NCBI GenBank assembly: GCA_903907925.1
Contig: CAIVQB010000143.1
Coordinates: 7,154 to 71,153, forward strand
Direction: 5' to 3'
Source: an uncultured Verrucomicrobiota bacterium
Lineage (GTDB): Bacteria; Verrucomicrobiota; Verrucomicrobiia; Limisphaerales; UBA9464
DNA length: 64,000 bases
Below the pieces are notes generated by a model. It saw only the letters and a list, made by a program, of their open reading frames with translations. It was not told where the DNA came from and ran no database searches. Below are positions 30,903-40,833 of this stretch, piece after piece. Position numbers and translations under genes: made by a program. Position 1 is the stretch's first letter, and each line of letters begins with the position of its first letter.

Positions 30903-31897
30903 GTTTTGGTTCTCCGTGGTGGCTTCTGGGGCTGCTGCTCCTGCCGGTGCTGTCCTGGCTTCGCAGTCGGGCCGGCCGCGAAGGTGCCTTCATCTATTCG
31001 AGTCTCAGCCTGATGAAGGGCATCACCGAACTCAGCCGGAGCCGCGCCGGAACCATCCTCATCAACCTGCGCTGGCTCGGCCTCATCCTGCTCCTCATCG
31101 GCATGGCCCGGCCGCGTCTGGGCGGCGGACAGGCACCGCTCAAAGCCAGCGGCATCGACATCGCGGTGGCCGTCGATCTCTCGGGCAGCATGGCCGCCGA
31201 GGATTTCGAACTCCGTGGCGAACGGGTAAATCGGATCACCATGCTTCGGGAGGTTCTCCGCAACTTCATCGATCACCGGCCGGCCGACCGCATCGGCTTG
31301 GTTGCCTTCGCCACGCAGGCCTTCATCGCGGCACCGCCGACGCTGGATCATGATTTTCTGCACCGGGTTCTCAACCGGCTTGAACTCGGCTCCATCGACG
31401 GAAATCAGACCGCCATCGGCTCCGCGCTGAGTGCCGCGGTCAATCGCCTGCGCGAACTCAAATCCAAGTCCCGCATCGTCATCCTGATGACCGACGGCCA
31501 GAACAACGCCGGCAAGATCCCGCCCCTGACCGCCGCCGAAGCCGCACAGGCGCTGGGGGTGAAGGTCTACACGATCGGCGTGGGCACCCACGGGTTCGCA
31601 CCGATGCCGGTGCGCGATGCCTTCGGACGAAAGGTGTACGTCAAGCAGGCGGTCGACATCGATGAGGACACCCTCCAAAAGATCGCCGACAAGACCGGCG
31701 GAAAGTATTTTCGCGCCGACAGCACTGAGACGCTTCGCCGCATTTATTCGGAGATCGACCGGTTGGAAAAATCGGAAATGGAGACGCGCAAACATGCCTA
31801 CTACGAGGAATTGATGGCGCTCTTTGTGGCTCCGGGGCTGGGTCTGATCGTGCTCGAGTTGTTGCTCAGTCAAACGGTCTGGAGAAAGCTTCCATGA
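30899..31897 (+). CDS. batA: VWA-domain membrane protein BatA
   Basis: ATGA overlap. N-terminus MSFGSPWWLLGLLLLPVL, VWA MIDAS motif DLSGSM, C-terminal TM segment. Confidence 0.88.
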   Translation: MSFGSPWWLLGLLLLPVLSWLRSRAGREGAFIYSSLSLMKGITELSRSRAGTILINLRWLGLILLLIGMARPRLGGGQAPLKASGIDIAVAVDLSGSMAAEDFELRGERVNRITMLREVLRNFIDHRPADRIGLVAFATQAFIAAPPTLDHDFLHRVLNRLELGSIDGNQTAIGSALSAAVNRLRELKSKSRIVILMTDGQNNAGKIPPLTAAEAAQALGVKVYTIGVGTHGFAPMPVRDAFGRKVYVKQAVDIDEDTLQKIADKTGGKYFRADSTETLRRIYSEIDRLEKSEMETRKHAYYEELMALFVAPGLGLIVLELLLSQTVWRKLP

Positions 31898-32958
31898 ACT
31901 ACGCCACGCCCCAGTTTCTCTGGCTTGCGGCGTTTTTCACCCCGCTGCTGACGGTATTCCTGTGGTGGACCTGGCGTCGAAAACAATGGGCGGCCGCCCA
32001 GTTCATCCGCAGCCGGCTCTGGGCGCAATTGACGGTCGGCGTCTCGCCGGCGCGACAGATCGCCAAACGGGTGTTGATCGCGGTGGCGCTGGTGCTCCTG
32101 ATTGTTTCGCTCGCGCGGCCTCAATATGGGTTCACCGAAGAGGAGGCGCGCGCCAGCGGACTCGACATCGTGGTCTGCTTCGATGTGTCCCGTTCCATGC
32201 TCGGAACCGACGTCGCCCCCAGCCGTCTCGCTAAGGCCAAACTCGCCGCCTACGACCTTGCGGCGATTGCCCGCACCGATCGGCTGGGTTTGGTGGCCTT
32301 CGCCGGCACCGCGTTTTTGCAGGTGCCGCTGGCGCTCGACGACGAGGCCTTTCTCCAGAGCGTCCGCGCCCTCGACACCGACGTGATTCCCGAGCAGGGC
32401 ACCTCGCTGGCCGACGCCATCCGTGAGGCGGCGGCGGCGTTTGGCAAGGACAGCACCGGTGCCCGCGCGGTGGTGATTTTGACCGACGGCGAGGATCACG
32501 AGGAAGGCGCATTGGTGGCGGCCAAAAAAGCTGCGCTCGAAGGAGTGCGCATTTTCACCATCGGCGTCGGAACCGCCCAAGGCGCACTGCTTCAGGCCAG
32601 CGATCCGTATGGCAATCCGGTGTTCATCAAGGACGCCGACGGCAATGCGGTCAAATCCCGCCTGAACGAACCCGCGTTGAAGGAAATCGCCGAGGCGGGC
32701 GGCGGATTTTACCTGCCGTTGCAAGGACGCCGGACCCTGCAAACCCTCTACGAACGTGGACTGGCCCCGCTGCCGAAGACCGAGTTCCAGGCCGGCCGCA
32801 CCCGCGAATGGATTGAGCGCTTCCAGTGGCCGCTCGGGATTGCGATTCTCCTGCTGATGATTGAGATTGTCCTGCCGGAGCAGGCGGGATCGGCCCCGCG
32901 CCGGCCAGCAAGTCCGCCCGCCGGAAGTTTGGCGAGGCCCGGAATGGCAGCCCCATGA
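31894..32958 (+). CDS. batB: VWA-domain membrane protein BatB
   Basis: ATGA overlap. N-terminal TMs and VWA MIDAS motif DVSRSM...TDGEDHE. Confidence 0.85.
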   Translation: MNYATPQFLWLAAFFTPLLTVFLWWTWRRKQWAAAQFIRSRLWAQLTVGVSPARQIAKRVLIAVALVLLIVSLARPQYGFTEEEARASGLDIVVCFDVSRSMLGTDVAPSRLAKAKLAAYDLAAIARTDRLGLVAFAGTAFLQVPLALDDEAFLQSVRALDTDVIPEQGTSLADAIREAAAAFGKDSTGARAVVILTDGEDHEEGALVAAKKAALEGVRIFTIGVGTAQGALLQASDPYGNPVFIKDADGNAVKSRLNEPALKEIAEAGGGFYLPLQGRRTLQTLYERGLAPLPKTEFQAGRTREWIERFQWPLGIAILLLMIEIVLPEQAGSAPRRPASPPAGSLARPGMAAP

Positions 32959-33989
32959 TGACCGCATTCTCCTCAACTGCATCCCGCGCCCATCAGGACG
33001 CGGACTCCTGCAGAACGGTCATGGATTGCTTCGGCAGTCGGGCGGCCCTGTGGATGCGTTTCGCAGGGATCGTCATGGTGGCGGGCCGGCTCTCCGCGGC
33101 ATCCCCCGACGACGCCCTGCGGTCCTACCAAAAAGGCGATTACAAAGCGTCCCGCCAGGAATACGAAGCGCTGGCCCGCTCCACGCCCGACGATCCGCGC
33201 TATCGCTTCAACGCCGGTGCGGCCGCCTACCGCCAGCTCGACTTCACCAACGCCGCGAGCCATTTTGAGTCGGCCATCGCCTCCCGCGATCTTCATCTCC
33301 AGGAGCAGGCCTACTACAATCTGGGAAACACACTGTACCAGATGGGATCCCGCGCTCCGGATTCGCAGACCAAACTGCAGCAATGGGAGCAGGCCCTCAC
33401 CCATTTCAATTCCGCGCTGAAGCTGGAGGGAACCGACACCAACGCCGCCGCCAACCTGCAGTACGTGAAGTCACGGGTGGAGGAATTGCGAAAGCAGCAG
33501 CCACCGCAGCAGCAACAACAGAAAAAAGATTCGAAAGACTCCAAGGATTCGAAGGATCAACAGGATCAGAAACCCAATCCGTCCGGCGGCAAGGACCAGA
33601 AATCGAACGACAAGAAACAGTCCGGCCAAAAAGGTTCCGAAGAAAAAGACGCGCAGGGTGCCAACGATCCCAAGGATTCGAAGGACGGCGCTGCCAAGGA
33701 CGAACAGGCCCAATCCAAGCCAAACCCGAAGGACGCCGCCGCCGGCAAGGACAAGGATTCCGGCGGCGATTCCAAGAACGGCAGTCAGGCGGGACGCCAG
33801 GGCGATCCGAAGAACGGCAAGGGCCAGGCGGCTGGAATCGAGGACGGCAAGGCCGGTGAAATGAGCGCCGCCCAGGCCGCGCGCCTGTTGGACGAACAGA
33901 AGGGCGACGAGAAAGCGCTGGTCTTTCAACCGGGCGGTCAGGGTCAAAAACCCCACGACCCCGCCCAACGCAGCCGCAAGACCTGGTGA
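32955..33989 (+). CDS. batC: TPR protein BatC-like with K/D/S/Q-rich low-complexity tail
   Basis: ATGA overlap. TPR-like N-terminal half (YQKGDYKASRQEYEALA...AYYNLGNTLYQMG), then KDSKDSKDSKDQQDQK... low-complexity sequence. Confidence 0.75.
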   Translation: MMTAFSSTASRAHQDADSCRTVMDCFGSRAALWMRFAGIVMVAGRLSAASPDDALRSYQKGDYKASRQEYEALARSTPDDPRYRFNAGAAAYRQLDFTNAASHFESAIASRDLHLQEQAYYNLGNTLYQMGSRAPDSQTKLQQWEQALTHFNSALKLEGTDTNAAANLQYVKSRVEELRKQQPPQQQQQKKDSKDSKDSKDQQDQKPNPSGGKDQKSNDKKQSGQKGSEEKDAQGANDPKDSKDGAAKDEQAQSKPNPKDAAAGKDKDSGGDSKNGSQAGRQGDPKNGKGQAAGIEDGKAGEMSAAQAARLLDEQKGDEKALVFQPGGQGQKPHDPAQRSRKTW

Positions 33990-33996
33990 TCTGATC

Positions 33997-35796
33997 ATGC
34001 GCTCCGTCCTTTCATTCGCATCGTTGACGCGCCGCCTCCCGGTGTGGGCATGCCTTTGGGTGCTGGCCTTCGGATTCCATCGCCTCGACGCCGGCACCGT
34101 CACCGCGCGGCTGGAGCCCGATTCCATCGCCGTCGGCGAGACCGCCACGCTGCAACTCATCTTCAAGGATATGGGGAGTGTCGCGGCTCCGGAACTTCCG
34201 GCGTTGCCCAACTGCTCGATCCAACACGCCGGAAGTTCGGTCCAATTCGTCGTCGGCACCGAGGGAACCTTCCGCGCTGAGATTCACAGCTACACCCTTC
34301 AACCCACCACGGCGGGAATCATCGACATCCCGGCGTATGCCATCGAGGTCGATGGCCAGAAGGTCACCACCAACCCGCTCCGACTGAAGGTGGGAAAGGG
34401 CATGGAACTTTCGGACATCGGTTTTCTCAAGGTGACGCTCCCCAAACAGGAGGCGTATCTCGGCGAGACGATGTCGGCGGAAGTGCGATTCTACTTCAAG
34501 TCGGCTCCACAGGAAGTCGCGCCGGTGCCCACCCTGAAACTCGACGGCTTCGTGATCAACCGTCAGGGCGAACGGCGTCAGGATAATGAACGGGTGGGTG
34601 CCGACATTTACAGCGTGGTGATCTGGCGACTGGCGCTGACCGCGGTGAAAACCGGCGACTTGAGCGCGGGACCGGCCGAATTGGAAACCATCTACAACCT
34701 GCAGTCGCGAGGCCGCCGGCGCGGGGCGTTTGACGATCCGTTTTTTGATCGCGTGTTCGGCGGTGGCGGTGAACGACGCAAGCTGACCTTCACCAGCGAG
34801 ACCAACCGAATCCACGTGATCGCCCCTCCCGCTGCCGGACGGCCGCCCGGCTTCAACGGCGCGGTGGGCCGCTTCGCCCTCGACATCACCGCCTCGCCCA
34901 CCAATGTCAACGTGGGTGATCCCGTCACGGTTCGCGTCCGCATTTCCGGTCGGGGAGCGTTCGACGGCTTGCGTCTGCCGGAATTCCCCGCCAACAGCGG
35001 GTTCCAAATCTATCCCGGAACAAACCAGTTTGAACCCGCCGAGGATCTCGGATTGACCGGGGTGAAGACCTTCGAACAGATCCTAGTGCCCGAACGCGGC
35101 GACCTGAAGGAAATCGCGTGGCCGTCGTTTTCCTTCTGGAATCCAGAATCCAAGGTCTACGAAACGCTCGATGTCCGCCCCGTCCCATTGAACGTCCGCG
35201 GCGGTGCGTTGGTTCAGGCCGCCCCCTCGGGCCGGTTGCCCGCTGGAGGTCCAGTTGCGGTGACGCCCGCGTCGCCGGCGTCGGATTTTCGTCCTCCGAC
35301 CCTGCGGAGCGATGCGACCGTGACGCTGCGCGGACCGCGAATCACCGAGCCCTGGTTCGTGGGACTGTTCCTCTTCCCGGGGATTGCCTGGGCCGCGATC
35401 GCCGGCGTGCTGCGCTGGCGGGCACGTCCGCGCGATGAAGTCCGGTTGATCCGCGACCGCAGAGCGAACGAAGCCGCCCAAGCCCTGCAGGCCGTGGGTG
35501 AGTCGGCCCGGACGCGAAACGCCGCCGCATTTTTCGAGGCGCTGAACCGCTGGCTGCAATTGCGCCTCGCGCTGACCGTCGGTGGCCAGCCCGGCGTCTT
35601 CACCAGCGAAGTCATCGACGGCCGTTTGAGCGACCACGGACTTTCCACCGACACGGCCGATCAACTGCGCCGGCTGTTCGCGGCGCTCGATCAGGCACGC
35701 TATTCGGTCGAGGCCAGCCCGGACCGGCTCGAGTCCCTTCAAGCCGACGCGGAAGCAGTCAACAGCGTCCTGCAGGCGTTGAATCCCACCCGATGA
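33997..35796 (+). CDS. batD: BatD-like oxygen-tolerance protein
   Basis: 599 aa. Signal-like N-terminus, repeated Ig-like beta-rich segments, and a C-terminal TM segment (WFVGLFLFPGIAWAAIAGVL). Its operon position after batC fits BatD. Confidence 0.7.
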   Translation: MRSVLSFASLTRRLPVWACLWVLAFGFHRLDAGTVTARLEPDSIAVGETATLQLIFKDMGSVAAPELPALPNCSIQHAGSSVQFVVGTEGTFRAEIHSYTLQPTTAGIIDIPAYAIEVDGQKVTTNPLRLKVGKGMELSDIGFLKVTLPKQEAYLGETMSAEVRFYFKSAPQEVAPVPTLKLDGFVINRQGERRQDNERVGADIYSVVIWRLALTAVKTGDLSAGPAELETIYNLQSRGRRRGAFDDPFFDRVFGGGGERRKLTFTSETNRIHVIAPPAAGRPPGFNGAVGRFALDITASPTNVNVGDPVTVRVRISGRGAFDGLRLPEFPANSGFQIYPGTNQFEPAEDLGLTGVKTFEQILVPERGDLKEIAWPSFSFWNPESKVYETLDVRPVPLNVRGGALVQAAPSGRLPAGGPVAVTPASPASDFRPPTLRSDATVTLRGPRITEPWFVGLFLFPGIAWAAIAGVLRWRARPRDEVRLIRDRRANEAAQALQAVGESARTRNAAAFFEALNRWLQLRLALTVGGQPGVFTSEVIDGRLSDHGLSTDTADQLRRLFAALDQARYSVEASPDRLESLQADAEAVNSVLQALNPTR

Positions 35797-36548
35797 AAAT
35801 CCACCTCCCCCACTGGATCGCGTGGTTCGTCTGCATGCTGACGGTGGCCGTACGATCAGTCGCGGCCGACGATGCCACTGCGTTTGAGGCGGCGGCGCGG
35901 TTGCTGGCCGCGGGTCGGGCCGAGGAGGCGACCCGGGCCTACGAACATCTGGTGCAGTCGGGACGCACCTCACCGGCTATCGAACGCAATTGGGCGCTGG
36001 CCTGCGAACAGGTCGGCCTCAACGCGCACGCACTCCTTCATTTCCGGCGGGCGGCGTGGCTGGCCCCGCGGGACGCGGACATTCGCGCCGATCTGAAAAC
36101 CCTGCGCTCAAAACTCGGTGTCCCGGCGGGAACAGAAACCGCGGACGACCGCTGGATCCACCGGCTCGGCGTGGACGAATGGGGCTGGCTGGCCTTCGCG
36201 TCCCAATGGATCTGGTGCGGCTGCCTCATCGCCGGACTTCTGGTGCCGTCGATCAAGACTGCGCTCCGCGGGTTCACCGTCGCCTGCGGAACGGTGACTC
36301 TGGTTCTGGTGGCCCTGACGGTTGCCGCATTGCTGGAGTTCCGCTCGCGACCGGATGCGATCGTGCTCAAGGCCGACACCGTCCTCCGCCAAAGCCCGAT
36401 CGACGAAGCCCGGCCGGCCTTCACCGCACCGATGGCCGCGGAACTCAAAATTCGGGATTCGCGTCCGGGCTGGGTGATGGGCGAGGACCCGGCGTCCGGC
36501 CGGTTCGGCTGGGTGCCGCGTCAACAGCTCGGTTTTGTGATTCCCTGA
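35793..36548 (+). CDS. batE: BatE-like TPR/SH3-type membrane protein
   Basis: ATGA overlap. One TPR-like region, TM helices, and a C-terminal SH3-like segment (LRQSPIDEARPAFTAPMAAELKIRDSRPGWVMG). Confidence 0.65.
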   Translation: MKIHLPHWIAWFVCMLTVAVRSVAADDATAFEAAARLLAAGRAEEATRAYEHLVQSGRTSPAIERNWALACEQVGLNAHALLHFRRAAWLAPRDADIRADLKTLRSKLGVPAGTETADDRWIHRLGVDEWGWLAFASQWIWCGCLIAGLLVPSIKTALRGFTVACGTVTLVLVALTVAALLEFRSRPDAIVLKADTVLRQSPIDEARPAFTAPMAAELKIRDSRPGWVMGEDPASGRFGWVPRQQLGFVIP

Positions 36549-36571
36549 ACCGAATCCAGAGGAAGAGATTC

Positions 36572-36730
36572 AGACGGAATGAACGGAATGGAACGAATCC
36601 GATTCGTTCATCTGGACTCCGAGAGCGCGTCTGACAATTAGACAAAGCGGCACGGAGGGCGGGCATTGCCACCGATGCCAGAAGACCCGATCCCATCCGA
36701 CTCATTCCGTTCATTCTGTCCATTCCGTCT
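36572..36730. repeat. Inverted pair of GGAATG-rich 27-nt arms downstream of the bat operon
   Basis: AGACGGAATGAACGGAATGGAACGAAT (36572-36598) against the reverse complement of 36704-36730, AGACGGAATGGACAGAATGAACGGAAT (23 of 27 match). A 19-nt perfect palindrome GAACGAATCCGATTCGTTC lies at 36591-36609. Confidence 0.6.
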
Positions 36731-36915
36731 TCATCAGGGAATCCGCAGTCCGACTCCGACTGCTTCCGTATGGTTCCGACTGCGGACGCAGCGGTACGAA
36801 CCTTCCGAAACGCTCTATTCCTGCGGTTGGACCGGGCATTCGCAATGACGGCAGGCCCGGGTTCCCCGAGTAATTCCTTGCCCGAACGCGGTGGGTCTCG
36901 TTATCTGGTCAGCCG

Positions 36916-37947
36916 ATGATTTCCCCGCAGTCGCGCGTTCTCGTGCTCATGGCATTCCTTGCCGGCGCTGCGCTGATTTACTTCCCAGGCTGCGCGACTC
37001 CAGAACACTCCGGAGGCTGGCCACCCGCAACCCAGACCGGGGTTCATCTCTACGAAGCGGACGATGCGATCCGGATCGACATCGATGGACGGCTCTTCAC
37101 GAAGTACCAGTTCCGCTACGGCTCGCGCCCCTTTCTCTATCCGATCCTCGGATCACACGGGGAGCACTACACCCGACGCTGGCCGCAGGACGACGTTCCG
37201 GGTGAGGAACACGATCATCCGCATCACCACGCGCTGTGGTGGGCACACGGAAATGTCAACGGCGTGGATTTTTGGAGTGAGGAAAAGAACGCTGGAAGGA
37301 CGGTCCATCAATCCTTCGCCAAGATGGAATCCGGCCCGCGGGTGGGGACCCTGACCAGCCGCAATCGTTGGATCGCCAAGGACGGCAAGGTGATCGCCGA
37401 CGACGAGCGGACGATGCGGTTCCAAAAAGGTCCGAACGGCAGCCGGTTCATTGACTTTTCCATCACCGTGACCGCGACACATGGCGAACTGGTTCTCGGT
37501 GACACCAAGGAGGGCACGATGGCCATCCGCCTTGCAGAATCCATGCGCGTCGCGTTGCCCGACAAGAAGGCCGGTCTGGGACACATCGTGAATTCCGAGG
37601 GCGTTCGGGACGCCGCAGCTTGGGGACAACGCGCTGCCTGGTGCGATTATTTTGGACCCGTCGACGGGCGGACAATCGGCGTCGCCCTGTTTGATCATCC
37701 CCAGAATCCACGGTACCCGACCTGGTGGCATGTCCGGGATTACGGGTTGTTCGCCGCCAATCCGTTTGGGCTCCACGACTTCACCAAGGCCGACAAGGGG
37801 GCTGGTGATTTCCGGATTCCAGCCGGCGACCAGGCGACCTTCAGTTACCGCTTCTATTTCCATTCCGGGGATACCCAGGCCGCCGGGGTGGCGGCCGCGG
37901 CCCGTGATTTCCAAAAGACTCCTCACCTTCCCTCAACACAGCGCTAG
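36916..37947 (+). CDS. PmoA-family (DUF6807) protein, lipoprotein-like
   Basis: 343 aa with a lipobox-like FPGC. FTKYQFRYGSRPFLYPILG and the His-rich EEHDHPHHHALWWAHGNVNGVDFW are typical of the DUF6807/PmoA-like family that pairs with Gfo/Idh/MocA oxidoreductases. Confidence 0.7.
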   Translation: MISPQSRVLVLMAFLAGAALIYFPGCATPEHSGGWPPATQTGVHLYEADDAIRIDIDGRLFTKYQFRYGSRPFLYPILGSHGEHYTRRWPQDDVPGEEHDHPHHHALWWAHGNVNGVDFWSEEKNAGRTVHQSFAKMESGPRVGTLTSRNRWIAKDGKVIADDERTMRFQKGPNGSRFIDFSITVTATHGELVLGDTKEGTMAIRLAESMRVALPDKKAGLGHIVNSEGVRDAAAWGQRAAWCDYFGPVDGRTIGVALFDHPQNPRYPTWWHVRDYGLFAANPFGLHDFTKADKGAGDFRIPAGDQATFSYRFYFHSGDTQAAGVAAAARDFQKTPHLPSTQR

Positions 37948-37954
37948 TCATCGC

Positions 37955-39415
37955 ATGAAAACCACACGCCGTTCCTTCCTAAAATCGTCCGCGATCGCCG
38001 CGGGCGGCCTCGCCCTTCCCGCCCGCTCCTGGGCCCGCGTCGTCGGAGCCAACGAAGATCTCCGCGTCGCCGTAATCGGCTTCAACGGCCGCGGCAAGGA
38101 CCACATCGAAGGGTTTCGCCGGTTGAAAGGCGTACGCCTGGTGGCCTTGTGCGATGTCGACAAGAAGGTCCTGGAGAAGGAAGCCACCACTCTCAACGAC
38201 GCCGGCAACCCGGTGCAGACCTTTGTCGACGCCCGGAAACTGCTGGAGCGCGACGACATTGATGCCGTCTCGATCGCCACGCCGAATCACTGGCACGCCC
38301 TCCTCGCCATTTGGGCCTGCCAGCACGGCAAGGATGTTTATGTGGAGAAGCCGGTTTCTCACAATGTGTTTGAAGGCCGCCAGATCGTCCACGCCGCGCG
38401 CAAATACGGCCGGATCGTCCAGACCGGCACCCAGAGCCGGTCGAATCCCGGCCTCCGCGAAGCCGTCGCCTGGATCCACGCAGGCGGTCTGGGAGAGATC
38501 AAGGTCGTCCATGGTCTCTGCTACAAACCCCGCATGAGCATCGGCCGGACCTCCGGACCGCAACCCATTCCCGAGCACATCGACTATGACCTGTGGTGCG
38601 GACCGTCCCCAAAGCGGGAACTTCGCCGGACGAATCTGCACTACGACTGGCACTGGGACTTCGACACTGGTTGCGGTGACCTCGGCAACCAGGGCATCCA
38701 CCAGATGGACATCGCCCGCTGGGTCCTGCGCCAGGACGCCGTCAGTCCGCGCGTGGTGAGCATCGGCGGCCGCGTTGGCTACGTGGACGACGGCAACACC
38801 CCCAACACCCAGGTGGTGCTGCACCACTATCCCGAGGCCCCGTTGATCTTCGAAGTGCGCGGCCTGCCCAAGGCGCGCTCGTTCCAGAGCCCGGCGCTGT
38901 GGTCCAAGAACATGCCCGACTTCAACGGCGCGCAGATCGGTGTGATCGTCAAATGCGATGCCGGCACGATGGTGATCCCCTCCTACGACAGCGCGACGGC
39001 CTACGACGAAAAGGGCAATGTCATCCGCGTGTTCAAGGGCGGTGCCGATCACTATGCCAATTTCGTCGCCGCGGTGCGAAGCCGGAATGCCGGCCAATTG
39101 AACGCCGAAATCGCCCAGGGACATCTGAGCAGCGCACTCTGCCATACCGGAAACATCAGCTATCAACTCGGACAACACCTCACACCCGAGGCGATCCGTG
39201 AACGACTGGCCTACAATGCCCCCGGTCGTGAAGCCTTCGGACGCGTCGTCGAACATCTGGAAGCCAACGGCGTCGACCTGCAACGGCAACGCCTCGTCTT
39301 CGGCGCCTGGTTGGAAATGAATCCCGCCACCGAACGCTTCACCAACAACGAACGCGCGAATCAACTGTTGCGTCGGGAATATCGTTTCCCCTTCATCGTG
39401 CCCGAAAAAGTTTGA
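37955..39415 (+). CDS. Gfo/Idh/MocA family oxidoreductase with Tat signal
   Basis: ATG at 37955. Twin-arginine signal MKTTRRSFLKSSAIAAGGLALPA and Rossmann motif RVAVIGFNGRGKDH. 486 aa. Confidence 0.88.
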   Translation: MKTTRRSFLKSSAIAAGGLALPARSWARVVGANEDLRVAVIGFNGRGKDHIEGFRRLKGVRLVALCDVDKKVLEKEATTLNDAGNPVQTFVDARKLLERDDIDAVSIATPNHWHALLAIWACQHGKDVYVEKPVSHNVFEGRQIVHAARKYGRIVQTGTQSRSNPGLREAVAWIHAGGLGEIKVVHGLCYKPRMSIGRTSGPQPIPEHIDYDLWCGPSPKRELRRTNLHYDWHWDFDTGCGDLGNQGIHQMDIARWVLRQDAVSPRVVSIGGRVGYVDDGNTPNTQVVLHHYPEAPLIFEVRGLPKARSFQSPALWSKNMPDFNGAQIGVIVKCDAGTMVIPSYDSATAYDEKGNVIRVFKGGADHYANFVAAVRSRNAGQLNAEIAQGHLSSALCHTGNISYQLGQHLTPEAIRERLAYNAPGREAFGRVVEHLEANGVDLQRQRLVFGAWLEMNPATERFTNNERANQLLRREYRFPFIVPEKV

Positions 39416-39435
39416 ACCCCACGGAAAAAACCAGA

Positions 39436-39467
39436 ACGGACAGGCCCCGGGCCTGTCCGTTTTTTTG
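39436..39467 (+). terminator. Rho-independent terminator after the oxidoreductase gene
   Basis: An 11-bp perfect stem ACGGACAGGCC / GGCCTGTCCGT with a 3-nt loop, followed by TTTTTTT. Confidence 0.8.
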
Positions 39468-39489
39468 TCCGCACGGACGGACCCGCCGG

Positions 39490-40758
39490 ATGTTCCGGGC
39501 AGTCGTTGGCGTCCTCGTCTGGTGGAGCCTGACCGGCGGGGCGATTCCAGCGTCAGCCCATCCGTTCCTGCAGGATTCCTGGTGGGTGCTGGTCGAAACC
39601 AACCGGCTGGTCATGCGGGTAAGTGCCACGCTCCGTGAAGTGGCGATCGCCCAGAATCTTGGCGCCGCCACCAACACCCCGCCCAATCTGCCCCGCTTCC
39701 AGCAGGCCCTTGAACGACACGGCACTTACCTTCTGCATTCGCTTCACCTGAAGGCCGACGGCGTGCCGCTCAACGGTGAAGTTCTCGACTGGCAACTGGT
39801 CACCGATGCTGGCGCGGGCGAAGCGACAACCGGGACTCCGACCGACTCGGCCTTGTACCTGGACCAGACCCACGCCGCGTTCGACCTCGAATTCCGATTC
39901 CCGGCGGGCCGGCAACCCCGGGAGATCACCTTTGGCCAGGCCACGTTGAAGGAGTTTAACTACGCCCCGGGCATGGCCTGGGATGTCACCTATGCGCTTT
40001 CGGTGAAGGGCGCGGATCGAAAAGACATGGCCGCCGGAATCGTTCGCACCGATCTCCCGTTCACGCTCCAGTTGACCGCCGCCGCGGCCACCAACTCACC
40101 CTCATCCCCCGCCGGGACCGCGGTGGCGCAGGGCGTGGGTCGTGCGGCGGATCTGGGCACCGCGGGATTTGAATCGAAGCCCACCCCACCCTTCACCAGC
40201 TACCTCCGACTCGGCGTTCATCACATTCTGACCGGGTATGATCATCTCCTGTTCCTGGCCGCGCTCGCACTGGCCGCCCGTCGCGCGGTGGATTTCTTCA
40301 AGCTGATCGCCACCTTCACGGCGGCGCATTCCCTCACCGTGACGGCATCGGCCCTCAACTGGGTGCGACTCCCGCCGTGGTTCGTCGAACCGTTCATCGC
40401 GGGTAGCATTGTGTTCGTCGCACTCGAGAATCTGCTGGCTCCGCGTCGGGCGGGCGCGCGTTCGCGGCTCCTGCTGGCGTTCGGATTCGGACTGGTCCAC
40501 GGACTCGGATTTGCCGGCGGCCTCAACGAAGCCATTGGCGGGGCCGGCGGATCCGCCCTGGCCTGGGCCATTCTCGCCTTCTGCCTCGGTGTGGAACTCG
40601 GCCATCTCCTGGTCGGCCTGCCCTTCTGGAGCCTCCTCCGCGCCGGCCGCACCGAATTCGGCGAACCCTTCGCCCGACGCTCCCTGGCCATCGGTTCCAT
40701 GGTTGTCGCTTCGGGAGGGCTGTTCTTCCTGATCGCCGCACTGCGGCAGTACACGTAG
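39490..40758 (+). CDS. HupE/UreJ-family membrane protein with ~230-aa N-terminal periplasmic domain
   Basis: ATG at 39490 and signal-like VLVWWSLTGGAIPASA. The C-terminal half has HHILTGYDHLLFLAALAL and TFTAAHSLT motifs plus multiple TM helices. Confidence 0.7.
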   Translation: MFRAVVGVLVWWSLTGGAIPASAHPFLQDSWWVLVETNRLVMRVSATLREVAIAQNLGAATNTPPNLPRFQQALERHGTYLLHSLHLKADGVPLNGEVLDWQLVTDAGAGEATTGTPTDSALYLDQTHAAFDLEFRFPAGRQPREITFGQATLKEFNYAPGMAWDVTYALSVKGADRKDMAAGIVRTDLPFTLQLTAAAATNSPSSPAGTAVAQGVGRAADLGTAGFESKPTPPFTSYLRLGVHHILTGYDHLLFLAALALAARRAVDFFKLIATFTAAHSLTVTASALNWVRLPPWFVEPFIAGSIVFVALENLLAPRRAGARSRLLLAFGFGLVHGLGFAGGLNEAIGGAGGSALAWAILAFCLGVELGHLLVGLPFWSLLRAGRTEFGEPFARRSLAIGSMVVASGGLFFLIAALRQYT

Positions 40759-40833
40759 CGGGATCGCTTCAGCTCCACCGCCTTGGCCTGATCGAAAAAT
40801 CCGTTCGCTGTGCGGCTCTTCGGAAGCTCGTCC

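Noticed and set aside
33480-33900. Apparent tandem DNA repeats (GATTCGAAGGA-like units)
   Set aside because: They sit in frame within the BatC-like CDS and encode a K/D/S/Q low-complexity tail. The units are short and degenerate, so this is not a discrete repeat element or a CRISPR-like array.
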